A DNA stretch of 64,000 nt from the human T2T-CHM13v2.0 reference genome, Homo sapiens, in NCBI RefSeq assembly GCF_009914755.1, contig NC_060927.1; one strand, 5' to 3'. Every line of letters starts with the position of its first letter. Positions within the stretch are counted from its first letter, which is position 1. Below, piece by piece: positions 11,115 to 29,509 of this stretch. Below the pieces are notes generated by a model that did no database searches, was not told the origin of the DNA, and worked only from the letters and a program-made list of their open reading frames with translations. The translations under genes and the position numbers were made by a program.

Positions 11115-13045
11115 TTTTTTTTTTTTAATCTCTTTATTAATACTTTAGAGAGTACAAATGCAGCTCCCTTACAGAAGCATGTTGCATAGGGATGAAGTAT
11201 GGGCTTTTGGTGTGACAATCATCTGAATGTTGTTTATTGTCCCAATTAGTTATTTTCTCATTCCTAAACCCTCTCCAACCTTCCATCTTTCTGAGTCTCC
11301 AGTGTCTATTTTTCCAGTCTCTATATCCAAGTGTATGCATAATTGAGTTCCCACTTGCAAGTGAAAAAATACAGAATTAGATTTTCTGTTTCTGAGTTTT
11401 TTCACTTACAATAATGGCCTCTGGTTTTATTCATGTTGTTGCAAAAGACACGATTTTATTCTTCTTCATGGCTGAGTAGCATTCCATGTTATACTTGTAT
11501 AGCACATTTTCTTTATTCGATTATTGATCGATAAATTTAAATTGATTTCATGTATTGGCTATTGTGAATAGTGCTGTGATAAACATGTGAGCATGGGTAT
11601 TTTCTTTATGTAACAAATTATTTTCCTTTGGGTATATACCAAGTAGTGGGAATGCTGAATCAAATGGAAGTTCTATTTTTAGTCTATTTTGAAATCTCCA
11701 TACTGTTTTCCATAGAGATTGTAGAAAGTTACTTTCCCGCAAACAATGTATAAGTGTTCTCTTTTCTCTGTATCCTTGCCGATAGCTCATTTTTCTGCTT
11801 TTTAGTAATAGCCATTCTGCATAGTGTAAGTTGGTATCTCATAGTGGTTTTTAATTGGCATTCCTCTGATCATTGACAACGTTGAGCATCTTTTACGTGC
11901 TAGTTGACCATTGACCATCAGTGTCTTTTTTTTTTTTTAATGTTCATGTTCTTTGCTTGCTTTTTAATGAGGTTATCTTTTTTATTTTTGTTAAGCTGTT
12001 TGAGTTCCTTGTATATTCTGGACATTAGATCTTTGTCACATGCAAAACTTGTAAACGTTTATCTCATTCCATAGGTTTTCTGTTCACTGTGTTAATTAAA
12101 AAGCTCATTTTCAGGAGCTTTTTAGTTTGAGTTCCTTTTGTCTATTTTTGTTATTTCAATGTCTAGAAGAGTTTATCCTAGAGTTTCTTCTAGCATTTTT
12201 ATAGTATCAGGTCTTACATTTTAGTCTTTTAATCCATATTGAGTTGATTTTTGTATATGGTGGGACATAGGGGTCCCATTCCATACTTCTGCATACGGCA
12301 ATATGATTTTTCCAGCACAATTTATTGAATAGGATGTCATTTCTCCAGTGTATGTTTTTGTTGACTTTGTAAAAGATCAGTTGTTTGTAGGTATGTGGCT
12401 TTATTTCTAGGTTCTCTATTCTGTACCATTGATCTAGGTGTCAATTTATATCAGTACCATGTTGTTTTGGTTACTACAGCCTTCTAACATAATTTTAAGT
12501 CAGATAATGTAACATCTCCATCTTTATTCTCTTTGCTTAGATTTGCTTTGGCTATTCAGGCTCTTTTTGTGGTTCCATGTGAATTTTAGTGTTTTTTTTT
12601 CTAATTTTATAAAAAATAACATTGGCATTTTGGTAGGAATTGCATTTAATATGTAGATTGCTTTGGGCAGTAGAGTCATTTTAATGATCATAATTCTTCC
12701 AATCCATGAGCATGGGATGTTTTTCTCATTTGTGTCATGTACAATTTCTTTCATCAGTGTTTTGTAGTTTTCCTTGTAGGGATCGTTCATCTCTTTGACT
12801 AATTGTATTTCTAAGCATTTTACCTTTTTTGTAGCTATTGTAAAAGGAAGTGACTTTTTAATTCAGTTCTCAGCTTGATCATCATTAGTGTATAAAAATG
12901 CTACCAATTTTTGTACATTGATTTTTGCATCCTGAAACATTATTAAATTTATTTATCAAATCTAAGAGTTTTTTTGGTGGTCTTTAGAATTTTTGTATAT
13001 ATGATATTATATAATTATCAAAGAGGGACAATTTGACTTTCTAAT
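11115..13045 (-). mobile_element. L1 (L1PB/L1MA-type) 3' end and ORF2 C-terminal remnant
   Basis: Minus-strand ORFs [26 protein letters not shown] and WKTVWRF..LKIELPFDSAFPLLGIYPKE are L1 ORF2p. Confidence 0.92.
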
Positions 13046-13188
13046 TACAACCACATAGATGCTCCCACCAAGACCAATAGACAGAGTCTCTGGGGAGGGC
13101 ACAGGTGATGGTATTTCTTTAAGCTGGCCGTGTGATTATGACTGGAAGCATGGGCTGAGAGCCACTTAGCTAAGCATTGCCTCTCAAG

Positions 13189-13652
13189 TTTTTCTTTCTT
13201 TTCTTTTCTTTTCTTTTCTTTCGACAGAGTTTTCACTCATTGTCCAGGCAGGAGTGCAGTGGCACCATCTTGGCCCATGGCAACCTCCACCTCCCAGGTT
13301 TGAGTGATTCTGCAGTCTCAGCCACCCGAGTAGCTAGGATTATAGGCAACAGCCACCACATCTGGCTAATTTTTGTATGTTTTAGTAGAGACATGATTTG
13401 ACCATGTTGCCCAGGCTGGTCTTGAACTCCTGACCTCAGGTGATCTGCCCACTTCAGCCTCCCAACTAGCTGGGATTACAGGCGTGAGCCACCACATTCA
13501 GTTAATTTTTTTTTTTTTTTTTTTGTATTTTTAGTACAGATGGGGTTTCCTTATGTTGGCTAGGCTAGCCTTGAACTCCTGACCTAAGGCGATCCACCCG
13601 CCTTGGCCTCGCAAAGTGCTGGGATTACAGGCATGAGGCACCGTGCCTGGCC
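13189..13652 (-). mobile_element. Alu with an extra left arm (three-monomer structure)
   Basis: A full Alu at 13189-13500 is followed by a second T-rich linker and left monomer at 13503-13652. Confidence 0.9.
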
Positions 13653-14924
13653 AGACCTGAGTTTTGCCTGAGAATTTCTCTTTCTAAGAAAGTACATCAT
13701 ATGGCAGTTACAAGGTCTCTTTTATCTAAAATATATAGAATTTAATAAATAAAAATTTAAAAAATTTACCTGAGATTAAAGGACAAATCAAAACACATAT
13801 GTAATATGTTGTCTGTAGGAGTATATTTTAACAGTGACATAAATTATTAATAATCACTAAATGTTATAATAATTTATTAACTAAAATGAACAAAATTCCT
13901 ATTATGATATCTATGAAAATACTTCCTTAGAGTAAAATATTCTCATATCTTGAGAGGGCACTGGTTAAAAACAGCAAAGATGTGGAAGTCGATGTCTTAT
14001 CAAGTACTTACTATCAAGTAAGTAGCAGACCCCCTTCACACCTTTTACAGAGTTATCCAAAAAGCAGTCATTTACACAAGAGCAGACAATTTTCCTAGCT
14101 TTCTATTGAGTTTATATGTTAATATTGTTAAAAAATGTAACTCAATTTTCTTATAAAATTACCTGACCAAATTTTATATATCATATCAAAATTTATTTAG
14201 ATGTCAAATAAATTTTATAATATTATAATATATAATGATATCATATTATGATAAGTTCCATTTACATTCAGACAATTTCACTAGGCAGTGTCTGTCTACC
14301 ACTAATTCTTTTTTGGTTCCACTATTTGCACAGGCAGCACAGCTGGGAAAACACAGACTCACCCAACACAGTCTCTTCCCCGTGTCTTTCTCCTCCTCAA
14401 GGAATCATTTCATCAGTCAATCAAGTCATTTGGGACTGGAGGCCGAGTACTCCCTAACATAGAAAGTCTCATTCCTGCATGCTTTCCTCAGCAGAGGGGG
14501 AGAGAAGAAGGTCCTTTTAGGGGACACTTGCTTGGACGTAGCCTAGGCTAGTTGGAGGGCTCTGACCAGCAGAGACAGACTCCGCCGCAGTAGGAAGGGA
14601 TGAGGCAGCTATTCTGAACCTGGAGCTCCACCACACTTTGTCCCGTCTCACTGAGGCAATTTTGAGAGGCTGCCCTGGAATATGGTGGTTGTTGAGAAAT
14701 AATGTGGGCTTTGACGGGATTCAGGTGGTGTCTGCGGTGTGAAGACAGGAGCTGAATGTTTAGAATCTAGGCTGTTTTTCTTGTGATCAGCTGGGTTACC
14801 TGTTTGCGACCAAGTCCATTTTTACTAGGGAGGCTGAATAAATTCCACAGAACACAATGGCCCTCCCAGGATGACTGAGGAAGGGTGAGAAAGGGGGAAA
14901 GTTTTTCCACCTAGAATCAGGGGC

Positions 14925-14984
14925 TGATTAGGTTAGCACTGGCTCAACCTAATCAATGCAATTTTATTGCATTTGATCTAATTA
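14925..14984. promoter_or_regulatory. Cluster of DUX4-type binding motifs ~0.6 kb upstream of the FRG2 ATG
   Basis: 14925-14935 reads TAACCTAATCA on the minus strand, a perfect TAAYYYAATCA. 14945-14955 CAACCTAATCA has 1 mismatch. 14974-14984 TGATCTAATTA is a degenerate copy. FRG2 is an established direct DUX4 target. Confidence 0.75.
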
Positions 14985-15455
14985 TCTTCCCCATTTTTAA
15001 GGTAGGAAGGGCCATTTCATTTGGTATTTATTTTTTCTCTGCATTTTTATTTCATCATCTATGTGTGGATCTAATAGACTCAACCATAATTTGACATTTG
15101 TTGTTTCCAAGCATTTAAGAAATTATAATATCTATGCATACAACGTTAACACTATGTATAATAAATTCTCTTTCTGTGCAAAATATATAACATATGTCAA
15201 TATAGACATGTTTAATTGTGCATCTTGAAAGGTGAACAGGATCATAAATACCTCCAGGTAGGAACTGGGACAGAAATCGGAAGAAATGATTCCCTGATCT
15301 TCCGGTCCCTGTGCTCCCGGTTCTTTGTTTTCTTGACACTATGACAAGATCCTGAAAATGTCTCCCCTTAACTGTGTCTAGGTCCCCAGTAGAACTACAG
15401 CAAGAAACTTCTGATTGAGGCTCTAAGAAGCGGCAGGAATGAGAAAACTCTTCAG

Positions 15456-15496
15456 CCAATAAGAGTAAGCCACGCCCAGCCGAGGGACGTATAAAA
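15456..15496 (+). promoter_or_regulatory. FRG2 core promoter: CCAAT box and TATA box
   Basis: CCAAT at 15456-15460 and TATAAAA at 15490-15496, about 80 nt upstream of the ATG. Confidence 0.75.
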
Positions 15497-15507
15497 GGCA
15501 GGTCTAG

Positions 15508-17232
<1,725 letters not shown>

Positions 17233-17334
17233 CCCTATTCAGCAGAGATGCAGCTCTGGGAATGAGAACAAGGACCTGCTTCTTCTCAGATTCTTCCAGA
17301 CGACCAGCAGTGACAATTTTAGATGCACTGTGTT

Positions 17335-17340
17335 AATAAA
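17335..17340 (+). terminator. Candidate polyadenylation signal for FRG2
   Basis: First AATAAA, 103 nt after the stop codon. More distal AATAAA hexamers occur near 18334 and 18390. Confidence 0.45.
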
Positions 17341-17567
17341 TGACAGAACCTGAAGAAGTCATAGGAAAGAAACTTGAGCGGTATACTCAGAATGGTGAGC
17401 CCTGAATTTTGCAGACCGCTAAGGCTATAGACAAATTTTATATTTCATGTTAGACATTTGATACCTTTTGGATGTCTGATGACAGTCGTGCATTTCTATA
17501 TAATCAGAAAAATATTAGGTTGCAATCGTGAATTTTCATATTTTAGATTGTAGAAAAGTAAATATAA

Positions 17568-17856
<289 letters not shown>

Positions 17857-18532
17857 CCAAGAAATTGCTTCTCTTTTAATTCGGAAAAGGTTGTAGGCTC
17901 TTCCAGCCTGAACCCATGGAGTACTAACATCCACAAACCATTAATAGCACTCCCTGTGGGAAAATGTTTATACATTTTTACAGTTTGCATAGTAAAATTA
18001 CTATGCAAGCTGTTTACTTTTAATATTTCTACATAAAATTTAAGTCAAGATATATTAAATGGTAAATGATTGTACTTATTTATTCATCTGCCTCATGTTT
18101 TATTTCATTTTAAACATCCTGAATTTATATTTTATTGTATTTCATACATTTCAATTGATTGTACTGTATTGCAGGATATGGAGATTTCATCACATACTAC
18201 AATACAGTGTATTTTGTTATATTTGACGTATATTCTACTTGTATTTTGTACTGAGATCATACAATCTTTCATTATCTAAGTGTATTAATGACTTGTTTGG
18301 TTGCTTTATAATTTTCATTTTATGTAATAATGAAATAAACATTAATGTTGTTTGGAATTTTAAATTTCTTTCATATGGAATTTGTATTTAATAAAGATGT
18401 GAAAAAGAGAATGTCTTATCTTCACTTCTGCATCATCCTAACCCTGACCTCCCCACAGCCCACAGCTCTTGTCATAGTCTGGGAATAGTGTTCTATCACT
18501 ACAGGAAATGGGGCCAATTTAATGGTAATACA

Positions 18533-18775
18533 CAGATATAAGTTGGAGATATAGAGATTTTATTCTCGACCACTGCAGTATAAAAGAATCACAGTAACGC
18601 GAGTCACACAATTTTTGGGTTGACACTGCTTATGAGTTATGCTTACACTATGCTGTAGAATAACTCTGAAATAAATTTATGTCTATTAAACAAATGCACA
18701 CACATAAATAACATGTCTAAATAACAATATACATATCTTAATGAAAATGAACTTTATTGCTAAAAATGTTAACAC
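18533..18775. mobile_element. Tigger1-like DNA transposon terminal fragment
   Basis: GGAGATAT...GACCACTGCA...GCGAGTCACACAATTTTTGG...CTTTATTGCTAAAAATGTTAAC resembles the recalled Tigger1 end. Confidence 0.65.
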
Positions 18776-19998
18776 AGATACACACAATGGGATCATATAA
18801 TGTTGAAAAATAGAGATGGGGAGAGGAACAGAAACAGAGAGAAAGGGAGGAATGGAGCGAGAAAAGGACAGATGGACAGAGGGATATTGGAAAGGAGAAA
18901 GTAGGGAGGGGGAGGAAGGGAGGTGGGGGGGGAGGGAGGAAGGGAAGGACAGAGAGAGAAAGGGAGCAAGAGACAGAGAGAAGAAGGCAGAGAGAAAAGC
19001 GGTCTTCTGCCTCCAGGACCAGCAGGACCTCGCACTCCGGGAAAATGTTGGGTGCCCAGTGCAGGCTGAGTGCTCGGCCCACAGCCACGTCTGCCTGCGG
19101 GGCGCTCACGGGCCCTCCGGATCGCCAGCCTGGGTCACTTCATCCCGGAGCGATTCAGACGAATTCCGCCTCCCAAGGAATGAGCGAATTGCCCAGAGAG
19201 CAGTGAGCTGAGACTCGGGTGATTGTCCGTTTTTCATCCACATGGTTCACAGATGACATAGCCCCACGTTGAGCCTGCAACAGAGCGCGAGGTGGATAGT
19301 CCCGTCCATTCAAGAGTCACACTCAGACCGAGTGAACCATGATTCTGGGTTCCACGTTCCTTTGCCCTCTGCAAGGGGGCCTGTTGTTCACGTGTCTCCG
19401 GCCCCCAAAAGCGTGACCATGTTGACTGTTTCCCGAGCTCTGTGGGGACCCAGAAACCTCCAGCGAAGCGTGGAAAAGCAGCATCCTGTCTTCGCTCTCC
19501 TTTCCAGTTTCCAAACAGGCCACAGTGGAGACTTCCCTTGTTGCAGGAAACAGGAATCCGTGGTCAGGCCGTGATGCACGGGACGTTTCTTTTCTCTGTA
19601 GTTTCGCTCTCGTTTTCTACATGAAAATGAACGAGTTCCACACCACTGCGTGTGTGAGACTATCACGGCAACGGCGACACCCACAGGCATTGCCGCCTTC
19701 ACGGAGAGGGCATGGAAAACTCAAGACTGTCATGGAAGTTCAGTTCCACACTCCACCCTTCAGGGTGGTTTCTGCCTGAAAACTGTGGGAGTCAAGACAG
19801 CGGCTTCCAGTTTCCATAGAATTACTGGAGAACCTTAGAGTGCCAGCCCCCGAAGCCCCTTTTTCCCCTCCAATCTGGCCCTACACCCACCCACCCCACA
19901 AGGCCCTGGTCCCTGTGGTTTTCGGCTTTGGAGGGCGGGCTACCCCGGGACCTTGGGCCCCGAGTTCATGCATGTTCATAACGGGGTGGAGGTGGTAG

Positions 19999-21376
<1,378 letters not shown>

Positions 21377-21574
21377 GACGCCGGGTTGGGGCGGGGCGGG
21401 GGCAGGGCGGCGGCCTCTCTTTGGCGGTGAACCTCTGGCTCGGTATGGAGAGGCGTGTCTTCCCTTCCAGTTGACCTGTCTAGGATCCCTGGGTTCCAGG
21501 TCCGGCGAGAGACTCCACACAGAGGAGGGCTGTCATTCTTTCCTGAGCATCCCGGGGATCCCAGGGCCCGTCCA

Positions 21575-22808
21575 CGTACCGGGAGGTGGACTGTCTACTG
21601 CTCATGCGGGGGTTTGCAGGCAACAGCTTAGGTTTTCTAACCAGCCCAGGCGGAGCTCGCATCCCTTTTCCCCCCGCGTTCTTCAGTCGGGTTGGCGGAG
21701 ACCTCAGTCCGCGAAACACTGGGTCGGGGCAGAAGCCAGGCCAGTTCTCCTTTCTGCGGCTCGATTCCTCTGCCTCTTCTCTCACTATCACTTGCCAACC
21801 CGTGTCCCACCAGCCTCCTCGCCAGCACCATGGAGCGCCTTGCAACTAAATGTAGACCCGAGACCCCGCGCAAACCGGGGTGCTGCCCTTTCCAGGCAAG
21901 AGGGAAGGCAGGCAGAGATGAGGACAGGAACGGAGACAGAGTGGGACGGAAGGATGGAGCTAGGAAAGGATGGATGGACGGAGGGACCCTGGAAGGGAGA
22001 GGAAGAGGGAGAGAGGGAGAAAGGGAGGAAAAAACCAGGGCAGGGAGGGAAGAACAGAGGGCAGGATGGACCGAGGGACAAAAGGAGCAAGAAACAGAGA
22101 ACCGAAGGCAGACAGAAAAACGGTCTTCTGCCTCCAGAACCAACAGGACCCAGCAATCCGGGAAAATGTTGGGTGCCCAGTGCGGGCTAAGTGCTGGGCC
22201 CACAGCCCCGTTGGCCGGTGGGGAGCTCAGCGGCCCTCCGGATCGCCAGCCTGGGTTACTTCATCCCAGAGCGATTCAGACGAATTCCGTTTCCGAAGGA
22301 ATGAGCGAATTCCCCAGAGAGCAATGAGCGGAGACTCGGGTGGTTGTCTGTTTTTCATCCACATGGTTCACAGATGACATATCCCCACGTTTAGCCCTGC
22401 AACAGAGCGCGAGGCGGATAGTCCCATCCACACAGAAGTCACGCTCAGGCCAAGTGAAGCGTGATTCTGGATTCCACGTTTCTTTGCTCTCTGCAAAGGT
22501 GCCTGTTACTCAAGTCTCTGCCGCCCCCGGAAAGCGTGACCATGTTGACTGTTTCCCGAGCTCTGTGGGGACCCAGAAACTTCCAGGAATGCGTGGAAGA
22601 CCAGCATCGTGTCGGTGCTCTCCTTTCCAGTTTTCAAACAGGCTATATCGAAGACTCCCCATTTTGCAGAAAACAGGAATCCATCCTCAGGCCGTGATGC
22701 ACGGGACGTTTCTTTTTCTCTGTGCTTTCGCTCTCATTGTCTACATGAAAATGAACGAGATCCACACACCTGCGTGTGTGAGACTATCACGGCAACTATG
22801 ACACCCAC
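21575..22808 (+). repeat. D4Z4-like unit 2, partial; ends before the DUX promoter
   Basis: Direct repeat of 18812-19685 at ~3.12 kb offset (GGTCTTCTGCCTCCAG at 19001 and 22122; TGCGTGTGTGAGACTATCACGGCAAC at 19647 and 22771). Confidence 0.92.
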
Positions 22809-22984
22809 GCGCTGGCAATAGAGTTGGCAGCCTGATCCCAGGACAAAGGTACTGACGGACATCCAGACACACCCCACCACAATCACTAGCAAACCCACTC
22901 CCAAACAGACACATACGGGCGCACGCGCGGGAACACAAGCATACACGCAGACACACAAAGACACAGACAGCTTGAAGAAGAGCA

Positions 22985-23084
22985 AGGGACAGAGGGATGG
23001 AGAGATAGAAACGGAAGGAGAGATAGAAACGGAAGGAGAGAGAGAAACAGCGATAGAGAGAGAGACAGAGAGGGACGGGGAAAC

Positions 23085-23127
<43 letters not shown>

Positions 23128-23270
23128 GAGAGAGAGACAGAGAGGGACGGGGAAACTGCGAGAGAGAGGGAGAGAGAGAGAGAGAGAGAGCAAGGTGGAG
23201 AGGGAAGTAGAGAAAGGGAGAGGGTGAGGGAGCTAGAGAGGGGGAGCAACAGAGCCTTGGAGAGGGAGGC
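22985..23270. repeat. Compound (GA)n polypurine tract with internal duplications
   Basis: GAGAGATAGAAACGGAAG occurs twice and ACAGAGAGGGACGGGGAAACTGCGAGAG occurs twice, between (GA)n runs. Confidence 0.9.
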
Positions 23271-23289
23271 TCTGCTCTGGTAGACAGGG

Positions 23290-23982
23290 GACCCTTTGGC
23301 GAGGGTAGGGTGGAGGGTGCCTGGGCCGGGCTAGAACAGGAGGGCAGGGCCGCCCACGCGGGAAAACCAACGGAGCCCTGAGACGTGTTTTTACTTGGAT
23401 TGGTTGGTTGCTTTGGGCGTGCGTTTCCTAGCGTCATTCCTTTGTTGGCTCCTCCCTGTCCTCTTGGTGCTGTGGGCCCTGAAAGTTGTCGAGTGCGCCT
23501 GTCCCTGTGGTGGGAGCAGTGGCGCCGAGCGTGCCCACGGGCCGCCGCTTGGGTTTCTCTCGTGTTCAGGGTAGTATGGACGTGGACAATGGCAGTGGCC
23601 CCTGGCTGGCCCAAGAGCCGGGTCCAGATACGCGCGCCTGATTCCAGGCGTCATAACCAACCCGGGGCCGCGAGGCTGGGATCAGGCACCCCGGAGCCGC
23701 TTGCCCGTGGCCGGGCTGCTCTCCCCCTCTAAGCCTAAGCACCGCCAGTCGCGGCGCTGCGCTTTCCGCCGACCTCCCAGAGCGTCCCGCCGTCGCCGGC
23801 GGCCAGCCTCGCGCAGGACCAGTGTGGCGCCGCCCTGCTGTTGCTGGGGGGCGCCCGAGGCCTCCATTCCTTGCCCAGGCTTCCGGCTCTCGGGGCGGCC
23901 TCCCTTCCGCCCACGCTCCAGGGCTTCCCCGGCTCCCGAGCTCCGAGCTTCCACCACATCGGCCGGCTCAGGACAGGTATGC
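23290..23982 (+). promoter_or_regulatory. CpG island and probable first exon of a lncRNA (position recalls LINC00960)
   Basis: CpG-dense stretch ending sharply at a consensus donor CAG|GTATGC (23976/23977), followed by AT-rich L1. No recognisable protein. The lncRNA identity is an inference from gene order. Confidence 0.55.
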
Positions 23983-23989
23983 TCATCCC

Positions 23990-26900
23990 GTCACTTTTTA
24001 ACTTTTTGTTGTTTCTATTTATATTTTATTGTGCTATGTCTTGAAATGTTGTTGTAGCTATTACTTTTGATTGGATATTATTTAATATTCCTACTTTGAA
24101 TAAGAGTAGTTTGCACACCACACAGCTATAGTGTTATAATATTGTGTTTTGTTTTGTATCCTATTAGCAGTGAGGATTTTTTTACCTTTAGGTGATCATT
24201 TATTGCTCATTAATGTCCTTTTCTTCCTGATTGAAGTACTCTCTTTAGCATTCCTTTAGGACAGACATGGTATTCATAAAATACTTCAGCTTTTGTTTGT
24301 CTGGAAAAGTCAGTATTTCTTTTTATTTGAAGAACACTTTCACTGTATATGCTATTCTAAGGTAAAAGTTTTTTTCCTTTAGTACTTTAAATATTTATTG
24401 CTTCTCTCTCCTGGCCGGTAGGGCTTCCACTGTAAAGTCGGCTGCCAGACGTGTTGGAGCTCACCGGTATGTTACTTGTTTCTTTTCTCTTTCTTCCTTT
24501 AGAACTTTTCTTATCTTTGACTTTTGGAGGATCTACTGAACGCTTTGAAATAGTCTTTTTGGGGTTAAATCTGCTTAATGTCCTATAACATTTTTGTAGT
24601 TGGATATGGATATCTTTCTCTAGGTTTGGAAAGTTTTCTGTTATTATCCCTTTGAATAAATTTTTCTACCCCTGCCTCTGTCTCTACATCTTCTTTAAAA
24701 CCAATAGCTCTTAGATCTGTCTTTGTGAGGTTATTTTTCTAGATCCTGTAGGCATGATTTGTTGTTTTTATTCTTTTTCTTTTGTCTCTTCTATGTATTT
24801 TCAAATAGCCTGTCTTCAAGCTCACTATTTCTTCTGCTTGATCCATTCTGCTATTAAATGGCTCTAATGCATTCTTCAGCATGCCAATTGCATTTTTCAG
24901 CTCCAGAATTTCTGCTTAATTTGTTGTAACTATTTCAATCTCTTTGTTGAGTTTAGCTGATAAAATTTGGAATTTCTTTACTTTGTTATCTTAAATTTCT
25001 TTCAGGTTTTTTTTTTCTTTTTACAGCTATGTTGAATTCTCTGTCTGAAAGGTCACATATCTCTTTTTCTCCAGGATTTGTCCCTGGTGCCTTATTTAGT
25101 TCACTTGGTGAGGTCATGTTTTTTTCCTGGATGGTGTTGATGGTAGTAGATGTTCTTCAGTGTCTGGACATTAAAATCTTGGGCATGCAGCACCATATGA
25201 GAGGTTTAAAAAATAAAATTAAAAAAGAGAAAAGGTGAGTATTTATTGTAGTCTTCACTGTCTGGGCTTATTTGTAGCTGTCTTTCTTGGGAAGACTTTT
25301 CACATATTTGAAAAGACTTGGGTCAAATATGGGTCAAATATGGCTTAGGTTGTGATCTAAGCCATATCTGCTTTATGGGGTACCTTATACCCAATAATGC
25401 TGTAATTCTTCCAGACTCAGAGAAATACCACCTTGACAGCCTTCAACAAGATCCAGGAGAATTTTCTGGATTACTAGCCAGAGACTCTTGTTCTCTACCA
25501 TTATTTTCTCTCAAAGATACAGAGTCTTTCTCTCTGTTCTAAGCCACCTAAAGCTGGGAGAAGAAAGACACAAGCACCCCTGGCCACCACCACTATGACT
25601 GCCCTGGATCAGACCTGAAGCTAGCACAGCATCGGGTCTTGCTCAAGTCCTGCTGCATGAACTTTCTGATGACTGCCTATGTTCACTCAAGGCCTTTGGT
25701 CTCTACAATTAGCAGGTGGCAAAGCCAGCCAGGCCTGTGTTCTTTCCTTTAGGGCAGTGAGTGCCCTCAGTCCCTGGCTGGGTCCAGAAATGCCATTCAG
25801 AAGTCAGGGAGTACAGTCAAAAATTTTAGAAGTCCACTTGACATTCTATTGCATTGCAGCTGATCTGGCACTCAAACCACAAGACATAGTTCTTCCTATT
25901 CCTCCCTTCCTTTCCTAAAGGCAGGGTAGCCACCACCACCTCAGGCCACAGTGAGTACTGCCAGGCTACCACCAATGTTCCCTTAAGGCCCAAAGCCTCT
26001 TGTCAGCTTGTGATGAATGCTGCCTGGCCTGGGACTTGCGTTTTCAGGACAATGGGATCCCTACTGGCCCTGGGCAGCTTCATAAATGCCAACCAAAAAT
26101 CAAGTCCTAGAATCAGGGATTCTGAAAGTTCGCTTGGTGCTCTACCCACCTCTGGCCTTGCTGGTACCTAAGGGGCAAGAAAAAGTCCCCTTTAATTTTC
26201 CCTCTACTTTTCCCAAGAAGAAGGAGTTTTGCCTCTTAGCCACCACAGCTAGTAATGTGCTGACCTCACCTAAATCTAGCAAGTCTATGAGGGTCATCCA
26301 AGGCCCTTGATGTAGTACCTGGGTATGGCTGCTGGTTATTCAGAGCCCAAAGGTTTTCAAGTTTGCAGGCGATAAATCCTGCCAGCACATGGTTCTTTTC
26401 TTCAAGGCAGCAGGTTTTTTTCTGGCCCAGGGTGTGTCTAGGAATGTCTAGGAGCCAGAGACTGGAAAGGAGGCTGCAGGATTCTGACCAGTGCACTACC
26501 TTGCTGTGGCTGAGCTGGTGCCCAGGATGAAAGACAAAGTACTCCCTATTCTTTTCCTTCCTCTCCTCAAGCAGAAGGATGGGGTCCCTTTTGGAGCCAT
26601 GAGCTGTGCAGTCTGGTGTTAGCGGAGTGATAATGCCAGAACTCCTTTGGCTGCCCCAGCTGGTGTCTCAGTATGTTGCCTGCCCTCCCCACCCCAGTCC
26701 ACTGTCCCTGGGCCCCATTCAGCCCTAGGCCTCACCTAAGAGTTACAGTCCTGATGGCCTAGGCTGCCTTTCAAGTTTTCTTAGACACACAGAGTGCGGG
26801 AGCCCTTAGTTGCCAGGTTTCCAAACACTGAAGTTCCAACCACTGGAATCTGATTCTCCTCTGGCTAGGGCTGGCTTAATTGATCACTCTGTGGATCAGC

Positions 26901-27240
26901 ATTAACTGCACTTGGTCTGGTTTTCCTTTCTGCTCTAACAGGACAGCACTGAGTTCAGTGCCTCACAATTGCTGTGTTCTCTCTCCCGCAGAACCCAGAG
27001 TTGATCTCTGCAGCATGCCATCACTGCTGGGGATGAGGAAACGGTGATTTCAGGACTGTTTTTTCTGTCTCTTCAGTGCCTCTTTCAGTGATCTGAGGTT
27101 AAAACCAGGTACTTTGAGTACTCACCTGATCTTTGGTTCTTATGAATGTATTTTCTATGTGGATATTAATAGTTGTTCATCTGGTGTCCTTGCAGAGGGA
27201 CAATCAGTGGAGCCTTCTTTCTGCCGTCTTGCTTTACTCT
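23990..27240 (-). mobile_element. Old L1 5' portion (5'UTR, ORF1 region, inter-ORF)
   Basis: Antisense ORF1-type text (GAATTCTCTGTCTGAAAGGTCACATATCTC...TCCAGGATTTGTCCCTGGTGCCTTATTT) is the reverse complement of sequence in the plus-strand L1 near 44670-44810. L1-start-like TTCTGCCGTCTTGCT lies at ~27220. Confidence 0.8.
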
Positions 27241-27249
27241 CACGCCCAA

Positions 27250-29220
<1,971 letters not shown>

Positions 29221-29509
29221 TTTAAAAATGTTTTATTTTAGGCTCGGGGGAACATGTGAAGGTTTGTTACATAGACAAACTCGTATCTCAGGGGCTTGTT
29301 ATACAGATTATTTCATAACCCAGGTATTAAGCCCAATACCCCATAGTTATCTTTTCTGTTCCTCTCCCTCCTCCCACCTTCCCCCCCTCAAGTAGACCCC
29401 AGTGTCTGTTGTCTGTTGTTTCCTTCTTTGTGTTCATAAGTTCTCATTATTTAGCTCCCACCTATAAGTGAGAACACATAGCTGCACAGTATTCCATGGT
29501 GCATATGTG

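Noticed and set aside
22734-23283. ER-rich and SL-rich ORFs
   Set aside because: Translations of the (GA)n tract.
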